This document shows positions 1 through 9,200 of a stretch of 64,000 nucleotides of DNA, piece by piece. The stretch's first letter is position 1. Each line of letters starts with the position of its first letter. This DNA comes from Gemmatimonadota bacterium. Its GTDB lineage: Bacteria > Gemmatimonadota > Gemmatimonadetes > JACCXV01 > JAHWKZ01. The notes under the pieces are model-generated. The model saw only the letters and a list, made by a program, of their open reading frames with translations, made no database searches and had not been told where the DNA came from. The stretch covers positions 3,070 through 67,069 of the forward strand of contig DASTCA010000037.1 in the NCBI GenBank assembly GCA_035711625.1, written 5' to 3'. The position numbers and the translations under genes were made by a program.

Positions 1-446
1 TCTTCTGGACGTACCTGTTCTTCGCGCAGTACCTGGTCATCTGGTACGGCCGGTTGCCGGAAGAGACCGGATTCGTAAAGCTGCGCCTCCGGGGCGCGTA
101 CGAGCCGGTCGCCATTGCCGTGCTCGCCTGCGTGTTCCTGATCCCGTTTCTGGGACTCCTCAGCGTCCGGTCGAAGCGAACGCCCGCCACGCTGACCGCG
201 TTCGCGACGATCAGCGTCTTCGGGCTTTGGCTCTTCCACCTGCTGCTCCTCGCCCCGAGCTCGTTCCCGGACTTCATCGCGCTGGGGTGGATCGAGATCC
301 TGATCGCCCTTGGCGTCGCGGGAACGTTCTTCGCGTGTTTCCTGACCTTCCTGCGCGCGTTCCCGCCCATCGCGATCGCGGCGGGCCTGCCGACCGACGA
401 GGACATCGACAAGCTCCGCAGAGAGACGGGTCCCCAGCACGCCTGA
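1..446 (+). CDS. Polytopic membrane protein, 3' portion of a gene that begins upstream of the window (possibly NrfD/ActC-family or oxidase-associated)
   Basis: The reading frame is open from base 3 in the same frame as the 54..446 ORF. Translation FWTYLFFAQYLVIWYG... shows several hydrophobic helices. It sits immediately upstream of ctaA/ctaB. Family assignment is a guess. Confidence 0.4.
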   Translation, partial: FWTYLFFAQYLVIWYGRLPEETGFVKLRLRGAYEPVAIAVLACVFLIPFLGLLSVRSKRTPATLTAFATISVFGLWLFHLLLLAPSSFPDFIALGWIEILIALGVAGTFFACFLTFLRAFPPIAIAAGLPTDEDIDKLRRETGPQHA

Positions 447-536
447 TGGCGGCGTGATCGCCCCGGTGGTGGAACGCGGCCGGGACGGTAGATTCGGGAA
501 ACGCTCTCCGCTCGAGACCTCCGCCTTCCGGAGACC

Positions 537-1514
537 ATGACCGTCATTCGTGTCGTCGACCGGCCCGCGCTCCGTGTGTACACGAAACTCGTGGCCGTCT
601 GCACGTTTCTCCTGCTCCTGGCGGGAGGAATGGTCACGAGCACGGGCTCGGGGCTGGCCGTGCCTGACTGGCCCCTCTCGTTCGGACGGGTGATGCCGGC
701 CATGGAGGGGGGCGTCCTCTACGAGCACGGCCACCGGATGATCGCAACGTTCGTGGGTGCACTCATCGTCGTCGAAGCGCTCTGGCTCTGGCGCTCGGAG
801 CCGCGGAGCTGGGTCCGGGCGCTCGGCTGGCTGGCGCTCGGCGGCGTCGTCGTCCAGGGTCTTCTGGGGGGTCTGACCGTCCTCCTCCGGCTGCCCGACC
901 CCGTGTCGATCAGTCACGCGGGTCTCGCCCAGCTCGTGTTCGGCGTCACGGTCGCGATTGCCGTCGCGCGCTCGGGGGACTGGTTGCGGAACGGCCCGGC
1001 CGTGAAGCTGGATTTCGGCGTTCCGTCGTACTTCTCCCTCGCCGTCGGGGCGACCGTCCTGATCTGGCTCCAGATCCTGCTCGGAGCGGTCGTTCGACAC
1101 TCCGGGGCGGGACTGGCGATCCCCACGTTTCCGCTGGCGTACGGACACCTCGTTCCACCGCTCGAGTCGTTCCCGGTGGCGATCCATTTCGCGCATCGCG
1201 TTGGCGCGGTGCTCGTCACCCTCGTAGTTGCGTGGGTCGTGGCCCGCGCTCTGCGAGGCCACCGGCACGACCCGCGGCTCGTTCGTCCCGCTGCGCTCCT
1301 CGGAGTGCTGATCGCGCTTCAGATCGGGCTCGGCGGCTGGGTGATCCTGTCGTACAAGGCCGCTTGGGTGACGACCGCGCATCTGGGAACGGGTGCGCTC
1401 CTGCTGGCGGTATCCCTCGTTCTCGCGCTGCGGGCACATCGGCATCTGTCGCTGGCCCCCGCCCAGGCGCATCCGCCGATCGACCCGCACTTGGACGTCG
1501 CAGGGGCCCGGTGA
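537..1514 (+). CDS. ctaA: Heme A synthase (COX15/CtaA family)
   Basis: 325 aa polytopic protein with the GSGLAVPDWPLSFG and HGHR..H motifs typical of CtaA/COX15. It is followed by ctaB with a GTGA overlap. Confidence 0.85.
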   Translation: MTVIRVVDRPALRVYTKLVAVCTFLLLLAGGMVTSTGSGLAVPDWPLSFGRVMPAMEGGVLYEHGHRMIATFVGALIVVEALWLWRSEPRSWVRALGWLALGGVVVQGLLGGLTVLLRLPDPVSISHAGLAQLVFGVTVAIAVARSGDWLRNGPAVKLDFGVPSYFSLAVGATVLIWLQILLGAVVRHSGAGLAIPTFPLAYGHLVPPLESFPVAIHFAHRVGAVLVTLVVAWVVARALRGHRHDPRLVRPAALLGVLIALQIGLGGWVILSYKAAWVTTAHLGTGALLLAVSLVLALRAHRHLSLAPAQAHPPIDPHLDVAGAR

Positions 1515-2374
1515 CGTCGGTGGTCAACGACTACCTGATCCTGACCAAGGTCCGGATCACCGCGCTCGTTCTGGTCACGACCGCGGCCGGGTTTCTCCTG
1601 GCTTCCAGCGCGCGCCTCGATCCTGCCCTCCTCGCCTGGACCCTGCTGGGAACTGGGCTTGCAGCGAGCGGGGCGGCCGCGCTGAACCAGTTCCTGGAGC
1701 GAGAGGCCGATGCCAGGATGCGGCGCACCGCGGGGCGGCCGATCCCGGCGGGAAGGATGACGCCGGCCCGGGGTCTCACCGTGGGGGTCGCCCTGTCGGT
1801 GGTCGGCGTGGCGATCCTGGTCGCGTTCGTGAACCTCCTCACCGGGTTCCTCGCGCTCGCCACCGTGCTCCTGTACGTCGGCGTGTACACCCCGCTCAAG
1901 CGAATGACGCCGCTCAACACGATTATCGGTGCGATCCCGGGCGCGATCCCTCCCGTCATGGGATGGACCGCGGTGACGGGCGAAGCCGGGCTCCCGGCGT
2001 GGGTCCTGTTCGCGATCCTGTTTTTGTGGCAGCTCCCGCACTTTCTCGCCATCGCATGGATATTCCGCGACGATTATCGATTGGGAGGGTTCCCCATGCT
2101 GCCGGTCATCGATCCGGACGGCGAGGCGACCGGGCGGCAGGTGGCGCTGTACTGTGCCGCGCTCGTACCGGTCTCCCTGATCCCGACCTTCCTGGGACTC
2201 GCCGGTCCGATCTACTTCTTCGGGGCGCTCGTCCTGGGACTGGCGTTCCTCGGTGCGGGCCTCATGATGGCCGTGCGACGGCGAGGGAAGGAGGCGCGCC
2301 GCGTGCTGCTCGCCTCGGTGACGTATCTGCCGCTGCTCCTCGCTCTGCTGGTCGCGGACCGCGCGCCGATCTGA
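1511..2374 (+). CDS. ctaB: Protoheme IX farnesyltransferase (heme O synthase, UbiA family)
   Basis: The NDYLILTKVRITALV...GAIPGA..P..GW motifs match CyoE/CtaB. The GTG start at 1511 overlaps the ctaA stop (GTGA). The long N-terminal extension in the six-frame track (from 1232) overlaps ctaA and was discarded. Confidence 0.85.
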   Translation: MTSVVNDYLILTKVRITALVLVTTAAGFLLASSARLDPALLAWTLLGTGLAASGAAALNQFLEREADARMRRTAGRPIPAGRMTPARGLTVGVALSVVGVAILVAFVNLLTGFLALATVLLYVGVYTPLKRMTPLNTIIGAIPGAIPPVMGWTAVTGEAGLPAWVLFAILFLWQLPHFLAIAWIFRDDYRLGGFPMLPVIDPDGEATGRQVALYCAALVPVSLIPTFLGLAGPIYFFGALVLGLAFLGAGLMMAVRRRGKEARRVLLASVTYLPLLLALLVADRAPI

Positions 2375-3309
2375 AGCCGGCCGATCCGCCTCCGATCGAG
2401 GTCGAGGGCCTCGAGGTCCGGTACGGGGAGCGAACGGCTCTCCACGACGTATCGTTCGCCGTGGGCGCGGGCGAGCTGTTCGGGCTCCTGGGTCCGAACG
2501 GAGGAGGCAAGACGACCGCGCTCCAGGTTCTGGCGACCCTTCTCCATCCGACCGGCGGTGCTGCGCGTGTGTTCGGCGCGGACGTGAGGGGGGATGCGGC
2601 ATCCGTCCGTCGGCGGATCGGAGTCGTCTTCCAGCACCCCGCGCTCGACCTCCGCCTTACCCCGCTCGAGAACCTGCGCCATCATGGCCACCTCTACGGC
2701 TTTCGAGGCGTCGCGCTCGCGGGTCGATCGGAGGAGCTGCTTTCCAGGCTCGGCGTCGCCGACCGAGCCGGAGATAGGGTCTCGACCCTTTCCGCCGGGC
2801 TCAGACGCCGGGTCGAGATCGCGAAGGGCCTCCTCCACCGCCCGGGCCTGCTCCTCCTCGACGAGCCCACGGCAGGTCTGGATCCCCGCGGACGACGGGA
2901 CGTGTGGGACACCGTGGAGGACCTCCGCAAGGCGGAGAGGATCACGGTGCTCGCCACCACGCACCTGATGGACGAAGCTGAGCGCTGCGACCGGATCGGG
3001 ATCCTGGACAAGGGCGTGCTGGCCGCGCTCGGGACCCCGGCCGAGCTGAAGGGCGGGATCCGGGGCGACGTCATCTCGCTCGCCGCCGCCGACCCTCGCG
3101 AGCTGGCGCGGGAGATCCGGGGGCGATTCGGCGGCGAGGTTTCGGTGGTCGACGGAGCGGTGAGGATCGAGCGCCGGGACGGGGCAGAGCTCGTGCCGCG
3201 CCTGGCCGAGGCGTTCCCCGGCGCGATCCGCTCGATCACAGTGGGAGAGCCCACGCTCGAGGACGTGTTCCTGCAACGCACTGGCCACCGCTTCCAGGAT
3301 GGGACATGA
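2371..3309 (+). CDS. ABC transporter ATP-binding protein
   Basis: Carries Walker A GPNGGGKTT, the LSAGLRRRVEIA signature, Walker B LLLLDEPTAGLD and an H-loop. No canonical ATG/GTG/TTG lies between the ctaB stop and the Walker A, so CTG 2371 or another unusual start is assumed. The start is uncertain. Confidence 0.75.
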   Translation: MKPADPPPIEVEGLEVRYGERTALHDVSFAVGAGELFGLLGPNGGGKTTALQVLATLLHPTGGAARVFGADVRGDAASVRRRIGVVFQHPALDLRLTPLENLRHHGHLYGFRGVALAGRSEELLSRLGVADRAGDRVSTLSAGLRRRVEIAKGLLHRPGLLLLDEPTAGLDPRGRRDVWDTVEDLRKAERITVLATTHLMDEAERCDRIGILDKGVLAALGTPAELKGGIRGDVISLAAADPRELAREIRGRFGGEVSVVDGAVRIERRDGAELVPRLAEAFPGAIRSITVGEPTLEDVFLQRTGHRFQDGT

Positions 3310-4073
3310 GCGGGTTCGCGCTCCCGGCTGCGACCCTGTGGTGGCGCGAGTGCGTGCGCTTCGTTCGCGACCGCACCCGGGCGGTCAGCGCCATCGCGAC
3401 CGCGGTCCTGTTCTGGGTGCTGATCGGCTTCGGTCTGGGCAGGTCGTTCGCTCCCAAGGGGATGCCGGGCGAGATGGGATCGGTGGAATACCTGTACCCC
3501 GGGACGATCGTCTTCGTCGTGCTCCTGAGCGCGATCGTGGGCACGTTCTCGCTCATCCAGGATCGTCGCGAGGGGTTTCTGCAGGGCGTTCTGGTGGCTC
3601 CGGTTCCCCGCTCCGCGATCGCCCTCGGGAAGATCCTGGGCGGGACGACGATCGCCGTGCTCCAAGGCGTGCTGCTCCTCCCGGTGGCGCCGCTCCTGGG
3701 GATCCCCGTCACGGTGGCGGGCGTGTTGGCGGCGTTGGCGGCGTTGTTTCTGATCGCGTTCGCGTTCACCGCGCTCGGTTTCATCCTGGCATGGCGGATG
3801 GAGTCGATCCAGGGGTTCCACGGGATCGTGAATCTCGTGCTCATGCCGATGTGGTTCCTATCCGGGGCCTTGTTCCCGGTGGAGGGGGCCGCCCGCGGAC
3901 TCGCCGCCCTGATGCGGGCGAACCCCGTCACCTACGGGCTGTCCGCGTTCCGCGGCTCGCTGTACGCCGGCGCGGCCGGGGGTCCCGCGGTGCCGGCGTC
4001 GGCCTGGACCGTGTCCGTGACGTTCGCGGCGCTCGCCTTCGGGCTCGCGGTGATCTCGGCGCGGGGCCGATGA
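3306..4073 (+). CDS. ABC-2 type transporter permease
   Basis: 255 aa with six predicted TM helices. It has an ATGA overlap with the upstream ATPase and an ABC-2/NosY-like architecture. Confidence 0.75.
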   Translation: MSGFALPAATLWWRECVRFVRDRTRAVSAIATAVLFWVLIGFGLGRSFAPKGMPGEMGSVEYLYPGTIVFVVLLSAIVGTFSLIQDRREGFLQGVLVAPVPRSAIALGKILGGTTIAVLQGVLLLPVAPLLGIPVTVAGVLAALAALFLIAFAFTALGFILAWRMESIQGFHGIVNLVLMPMWFLSGALFPVEGAARGLAALMRANPVTYGLSAFRGSLYAGAAGGPAVPASAWTVSVTFAALAFGLAVISARGR

Positions 4074-4504
4074 CCGTCCACGATCTGCCGGCCCTGAACG
4101 CGGCGCTGAACGCGGTCGCCGCCACGCTGCTCCTCACCGGTCACCGGTTCGTGCAGCGGGGGGAGATCGCGCGCCACCGGGCGTGCATGCTGGGCGCGTT
4201 CTTCGTTTCGACCGCGTTCCTGGTCACGTACGTGGCCTATCACGCACAGGCGGGCTCAGTCCGGTTCACCGAGGTAGGATGGCCGCGAGCCCTCTACTTC
4301 GCGGTGCTGGCGACCCATGTGCCGCTGGCCGCCCTGATCGTGCCGCTGTCGCTCCTGACCCTCTGGAGGGCGCTCCGGGGGGAGTTCGACCGGCACGCGC
4401 GGATCGCCCGATGGACCTATCCGGTCTGGCTCTACGTATCGGTCACTGGTGTGATGGTCTACGTGATGTTGTATCATCTATGGCCTTCTGCTGAAATCGG
4501 TTAG
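4070..4504 (+). CDS. DUF420 family membrane protein (cytochrome-oxidase-associated)
   Basis: 144 aa with four TM helices. The pattern HRFVQRGEIARHRACMLGAFF...YHLWP is typical of DUF420 proteins often found with ctaA/ctaB. It has an ATGA overlap with the permease. Confidence 0.6.
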   Translation: MTVHDLPALNAALNAVAATLLLTGHRFVQRGEIARHRACMLGAFFVSTAFLVTYVAYHAQAGSVRFTEVGWPRALYFAVLATHVPLAALIVPLSLLTLWRALRGEFDRHARIARWTYPVWLYVSVTGVMVYVMLYHLWPSAEIG

Positions 4505-4523
4505 ACAATACAAAGGAGGGGGA

Positions 4524-4997
4524 ATGAAGGGATGGCTAGCCGGTATCGGAGTGACGATCGTCGCTCTCGGGGCGACGCCGGCACGCGGGCAGGACACCGC
4601 GGAGGCGGGGGGGGCCTTCGATCGCGCGTACGAGGAGTTCTCCCGCGCGTACCGCGACGGCGACCCCCAGGGGGTGGCCGCACTGTACACGGACGACGCA
4701 TGGTACCTGGCCCCGGGCGATTCGATCGCGCAGGGCCATGTCGTGCGGCATTTCGAGTGGCTGTCGTCCTACCAGCCGGGAACGGGACCGGTCGTCGAGT
4801 TCGAGATCGTCGACCGGGCGGTGGCGGGAGATCTGGCGTACGACATCGGATACTACAGGATCCGCGCCGCCGGCGCGCCCGAGGGAAGCGGATCGGGCGG
4901 GAAGTTCATCGTGGTGTGGAAGCGGGGCGCGGACGGGACGTGGAGGATCCACGCGGACGGCTACAGCGAGGTGCGCGGAGAGGGGGAGTCGGAGTGA
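4524..4997 (+). CDS. SnoaL-like / DUF4440 (NTF2-fold) secreted protein
   Basis: Good RBS AAAGGAGGGGGAATG and a signal peptide. The C-terminal FIVVWKRGADGTWRIHADGYS pattern is typical of DUF4440. It is a paralogue of the gene at 41684. Confidence 0.6.
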   Translation: MKGWLAGIGVTIVALGATPARGQDTAEAGGAFDRAYEEFSRAYRDGDPQGVAALYTDDAWYLAPGDSIAQGHVVRHFEWLSSYQPGTGPVVEFEIVDRAVAGDLAYDIGYYRIRAAGAPEGSGSGGKFIVVWKRGADGTWRIHADGYSEVRGEGESE

Positions 4998-5149
4998 GCG
5001 AGACCACGTTCGCGATCGGGTACGCGGTCCTGTGGGGGGCCCTGTTCGTGTGGCTCTTCCGGCTGGACCGTCGATCGAAGCGGCTCCAGGATACGACGCG
5101 CAGGATCAAGCGGAATCTGCACTCGGGCTGGCCGGATCCGGAGGGGTGA
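4994..5149 (+). CDS. Small single-TM protein (51 aa), CcmD-like topology
   Basis: GTG start overlaps the previous stop (GTGA). It has a TM helix IGYAVLWGALFVWLF followed by a basic tail, and high GC3. Very short, so low confidence. Confidence 0.3.
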   Translation: MSETTFAIGYAVLWGALFVWLFRLDRRSKRLQDTTRRIKRNLHSGWPDPEG

Positions 5150-5354
5150 TGGGCGGGATGGGCGCCTTGGCGCCATCCGCTCGGCTGGCGGGATGGGCGC
5201 CTGCGGCGCCATCCCTTGCCTGCGGGCTCGGGGTCATCCCGTTCCGACGGGGTCCTGCGGACCCAACACCGAACCCCGCCGGATCCTTGCGAGCGAGCTC
5301 GCCGGATCCGACGGGGTTCGGTGTCGCGACAGCGGGTCGCTCGTCGGAACGGGA
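5150..5354. repeat. Structured flank of tRNA-Ser(GGA)
   Basis: Two GGGATGGGCGCC..GCGCCATCC hairpins lie at 5153-5178 and 5190-5216. A near-perfect 60-bp palindrome lies at 5265-5324. The block is duplicated with divergence at 5518-5686. Confidence 0.7.
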
Positions 5355-5445
5355 TGGCGGAGAGGGCGGGATTCGAACCCGCGAGACGCTGTTAACGTCT
5401 ACGCGATTTCCAGTCGCGCTCCTTCGACCACTCGGACACCTCTCC
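5355..5445 (-). tRNA. tRNA-Ser (anticodon GGA)
   Basis: Reverse complement GGAGAGGTGTCCGAGTGGTCGAAGGAGCGCGACTGGAAATCGCGT...GGTTCGAATCCCGCCCTCTCCGCCA folds as a class II tRNA with a long variable arm. The anticodon loop is CTGGAAA and the 3' CCA is encoded. Confidence 0.85.
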
Positions 5446-5517
5446 GCGAAGGACTCAATCTAGGGACGATCGGCGCTGGCGGCCCGCGGTCCCACGGCGC
5501 TAGCCACCACCTCCCCG

Positions 5518-5686
5518 GGTGGGATGGCGCCTTCGGCGCCATCCCTTTGCCCGCGGGCTCTGGCCATCCGTTCCGACGGGGTCCTGCGGACCCTGCGATC
5601 CGGCGAGCCGAATTCTCGGCGAGCGAGCTCGCCTCGACTCGGCCCGCCGGATCGTCGCGACTTCGTCGCTCTCGTCGGAACGGGGA
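5518..5686. repeat. Second copy of the structured tRNA-Ser flank
   Basis: Perfect hairpin GGGATGGCGCCTTCGGCGCCATCCC at 5518-5546. Conserved block CCGTTCCGACGGGGTCCTGCGGACCC at 5567-5592 (also at 5237-5262). Long palindrome at 5596-5654 containing GCGAGCGAGCTCGCC. Confidence 0.7.
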
Positions 5687-5777
5687 TGGCGGAGGGGGTG
5701 GGATTCGAACCCACGATACGCTGTTAACGTATACCGGTTTTCGAGACCGGCGCCTTCAACCACTCGGCCACCCCTCC
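5687..5777 (-). tRNA. tRNA-Ser (anticodon CGA)
   Basis: Reverse complement GGAGGGGTGGCCGAGTGGTTGAAGGCGCCGGTCTCGAAAACCGGT...GGTTCGAATCCCACCCCCTCCGCCA. The anticodon loop is CTCGAAA, it has a long variable arm, and CCA is encoded. Confidence 0.85.
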
Positions 5778-5818
5778 AGAAAGGAGGGCGCAGAATCTCG
5801 CATTCGGCTGGTCGGATT

Positions 5819-6298
5819 TCAACCGCTGGTTGGAAGGTCCGAGAGGCCGCGGCGGTCGCGGAAGAACGACCGCAGAAGCTCGCCGCATTCATCCGCCAGG
5901 ATGCCGCGCACGATCTCGACGCGGTGATTCAGGCGCGGGTCCTGCGGCAGGGTCGCGAGGCTTCCGCTCATGCCGGCCTTCGGGTCGTCCGCCCCGTAGA
6001 CCAGGCGCTCGATCCGCGCCAGAACGCTGGCGCCCGAGCACATCGCGCAGGGCTCCAGCGTCGAGTAGAGGGTGACGCCCGGGAGACGCCAGGAGCCGAG
6101 CGCCCGAGCGGCCTCCCGCAGCGCGAAGATCTCGGCGTGCGCCACGGGGTCCTGGAGCTCTTCGGTGCGATTCCGACCGCGGCCGATCAGCCGTTCGCCA
6201 GAGATGGCCACGGCGCCGACCGGGACATCGCCCTGGTCGCGCGCGGCGCGCGCTTCTTCGAGCGCGAGCTCCATCCAACGCTGATGGGGATCCGTCAA
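5819..6298 (-). CDS. tadA: tRNA-specific adenosine deaminase (CDA-fold, HAE...PCxxC zinc site)
   Basis: The VPVGAVAI..HAEI.AL..PCAMCSGA motifs match TadA. The start is TTG at 6298 or ATG at 6274. The TTG overlaps the stop of the upstream giant gene (ATGA-type coupling). Confidence 0.85.
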   Translation of the reverse strand: MTDPHQRWMELALEEARAARDQGDVPVGAVAISGERLIGRGRNRTEELQDPVAHAEIFALREAARALGSWRLPGVTLYSTLEPCAMCSGASVLARIERLVYGADDPKAGMSGSLATLPQDPRLNHRVEIVRGILADECGELLRSFFRDRRGLSDLPTSG

Positions 6299-9200
6299 CC
6301 GAGAGTCACCCGGATCGCGTGGGACTGCCCGTCGTCGACGAGCGGGATCCGCGCGCCGCTGCCGTCACGGCCCGCCTCGCTTCTCGTGCGCGAGGGATCA
6401 CCGCCCCCCGGATCGTCCGCGTCCGCCGGTCCCGACGCCGCGGCCCCAAGCGTGCGCGGGTTCGCGGTGCCGGTCCGCGCGCGCAGCGGGGCCGGGCGGC
6501 CGTCGATCTCTACGCTCTGGATCCCGCGCATGACTCCTGCGGGGTTCTCGACGTCGATCTCGTATCGAGACGAGTGATAGGCGAACGAGATCCGGAAGCC
6601 GGGCCAGTCCCGCGGGATGCAGGGATCCAGCAGGAGCTCCTGACCGCGGAGCCGGAAGCCCAGGATCCATTCGATGCCCGCGCGGTACATCCAGCCGGCG
6701 GATCCGGTGTACCAGGTCCATCCTCCACGGCCCAGGTGGGGCGGCTCCGCGTAGACGTCCGCCACAGCGGCGTACGGCTCGACCTTGTAGCGGTAGATGC
6801 CCGCACGCGTCGAGGTCTGGTTGATCGGATTCAGGATCGAGAACAGCTCGGCGGCTTTGTCACCCTCTCCCAGCTCCGCGAAGGCGATCACCGACCATAG
6901 CGCGGCGTGAGTGTACTGGCCGCCGTTCTCCCGTACTCCGGGCAGGTATCCCTTGATATAGCCTGGGTCGACGTCCCAGTGATCGAACGGGGGAGTGAAC
7001 AGGAGCACGAGCCCGTCACCGCGTCGGATCAAGTACTGCTCCACCGCGCGCATGGCTTGCTCCGCTCGGCCGCGGGGAGCGGCGCCCGAGATCACGCCCC
7101 AAGATTGGGCGATGGAGTCGATCTTGCACTCCTGGCTGACGGTGGAGCCGAGGGGCGTCCCGTCGTCGAAGAAGGCGCGACGATACCAGTTTCCGTCCCA
7201 TCCCTCGCGCTCGATCGCGTCATCCAGCGCATCGAGCCAAGCGTGCCAGCGCGAGACGCGCTCGTCGTCGCCGCGCGCCCGGGCAATGGGGAGGAAGCGG
7301 CTCATCGTCAAGTGGAGAAACCACGCCAGCCAGACGCTCTCTCCGCGACCCTCGTCGCCCACGCGGTTCATCCCGTCGTTCCAGTCCCCGGCGCCCATGA
7401 GCGGCAGCTGGTGAGGACCCAGGCCCAGGCTTACGTCCAGCGCGCGGGCGCAATGTTCGTAGAGTGTGGCACTTCCGACGGGCGGCCCGGGCTCGAAGTA
7501 CCGCTCGCTCTCGCCTTCCTCGAGCTCACCGCCCTGGATGAACGAGACCTCCTCGTCGAGGATCTCGTCGTCTCCGGTGACCTCCAGGTACTGGATCAGT
7601 GCGAAGGGCAGCCAGGCCCGATCGTCGGTGATCCGGGTTCGGACCCCGCGACCTGAGGGAGGATGCCACCAGTGCTGCACGTCGCCCTCGGAAAACTGGC
7701 GCGCGGCGCAGCGCAGCAGATGGGCGCGTGTGATCTCGCGCCGCGCTACGACGAGCGCTGTCACGTCCTGGAGCTGATCGCGGAAACCGTACGCCCCGCC
7801 CGACTGATAGAACGCCGAGCGCGCCCAGACGCGGCAACTGAGCGCCTGGTAGAGCAGCCATCGGTTCAGCATGATCGTCATCGACTCGTCCGGGGTGCTC
7901 ACCTTCACGGTGCCCAGCACGTCGTCCCAGCTGGTCACGATGCGCTCGAGCGCCGCATCGAGATTCTCGGCCCGGTACGCGCGCACCAGCTTCCGCGCCT
8001 CTTCTGTGTTCGCCCCCTGACCCAGGAGGAACACGACCTCCGCCGACCCACCGGCGGGAACGGCGACCGTCTGTCGCAGAGCTGCACACGGATCGAACCC
8101 CGCGCCCACCGACTGTGAGAGGCCCTGGCCGGGCTCCATCGCGGCCGGGTAGGCGGGGTTCCCGTTACGGCCCAGGAACTCCCCCCGGTCGGCGGTCCAC
8201 TCGCTGTGGCGACCGTTGAGATCGGCGAACGCAACCCGCGCGCCGAACTCCTCCGTCCAGCGGTTGTGGGCGAACAGGGCGAGCGTTTCCTCGTCGATCC
8301 CGGTGCAGACGTACGGCGCCGAAGACTCGCGGAGCACCCCCAACACCCATTCGACGTACGCGGTGATCGACAGCCGTCGGGGACGGTCCGAAAGGTTGCG
8401 GATGTGAAGCCGTGAGATCTTGACCGGATCGTCGAGGGGCACGAACTGGACCAGCTCGAGCGCGATACCGTGACTCTGGTGCTCGAACCGGGTGTATCCC
8501 TGGCCGTGCCGGACCACGTAGGGGGAGGTTTCACGGATCGGCAGCGGGGTCGGGGTCCAGACCACCCCCGAGTCCTCGTCGCGCACGTAGAGGACCTCTC
8601 CCGGAGGATCGTTGACCGGGTCGTTCGACCACGGAGTGAGCCGGTTCTCGCGGCTGTTCACCGCCCATGTGAAACCGGACCCGGACTCCGACACCGTGAA
8701 CCCGAAGTCGGGATTCGCCACCACATTGACCCACGGTGCGGGCGTCCACTGCCCTTCTCCCAGGACGATCACGTATTCGCGCCCGCCGTCCGCAAATCCC
8801 CCCAGGCCGTTGAAGAACGCGAGCTTGAGCCGAGGCGGAGGGGCTTCGGGTTCGGAAGAGACGGGAGGCTGGGCGGGGGTCGCGACGTAGGTCTGATCCC
8901 TGAGAGCCGACTCCAGCTGCTCGGCCAGCGACCCGTGATGGCTGAGCAGCACGGCGCGGGACGTGGCCCGGATCAGATCCCGATCCTCCTGCGACAGTTG
9001 CTCGCCCCGCAGGATGAACACCTCGCCGTGGCCCACGTGGGATTCGTGGGAAGCGCGTGAACGTGTTACGCGAACGCTCCGCTCCAGCCAGTCCTGCAGC
9101 TCGTCGCTGTACGTGAATTCGTGCTCGTTCAGGACCACCAGGTCGACGGCCAGTCCCTTCCAGCCCCAGTACTCGTGGGCTCGAAGGAGCTGGCGGATGA

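Noticed and set aside
1319-2602. 427-aa antisense ORF across ctaA/ctaB, and a 638-aa '+' ORF from 1393 that precedes the ABC ATPase
   Set aside because: Antisense or out-of-frame with respect to well-supported genes. Arg/Pro-rich composition. Only the 3' ~310 aa of the 638-aa ORF (the ABC ATPase) is real.
5150-5220. GGGATGGCGCC...GCGCCATCCC hairpins as canonical rho-independent terminators
   Set aside because: Stable stems, but no U-tract follows on either strand. They are reported as structured repeats rather than called terminators.
5193-6577. 244-aa and 352-aa '+' ORFs spanning the tRNA-Ser repeats and running antisense through tadA
   Set aside because: They run through tRNA genes and palindromic repeats and antisense to tadA; not credible coding sequence.
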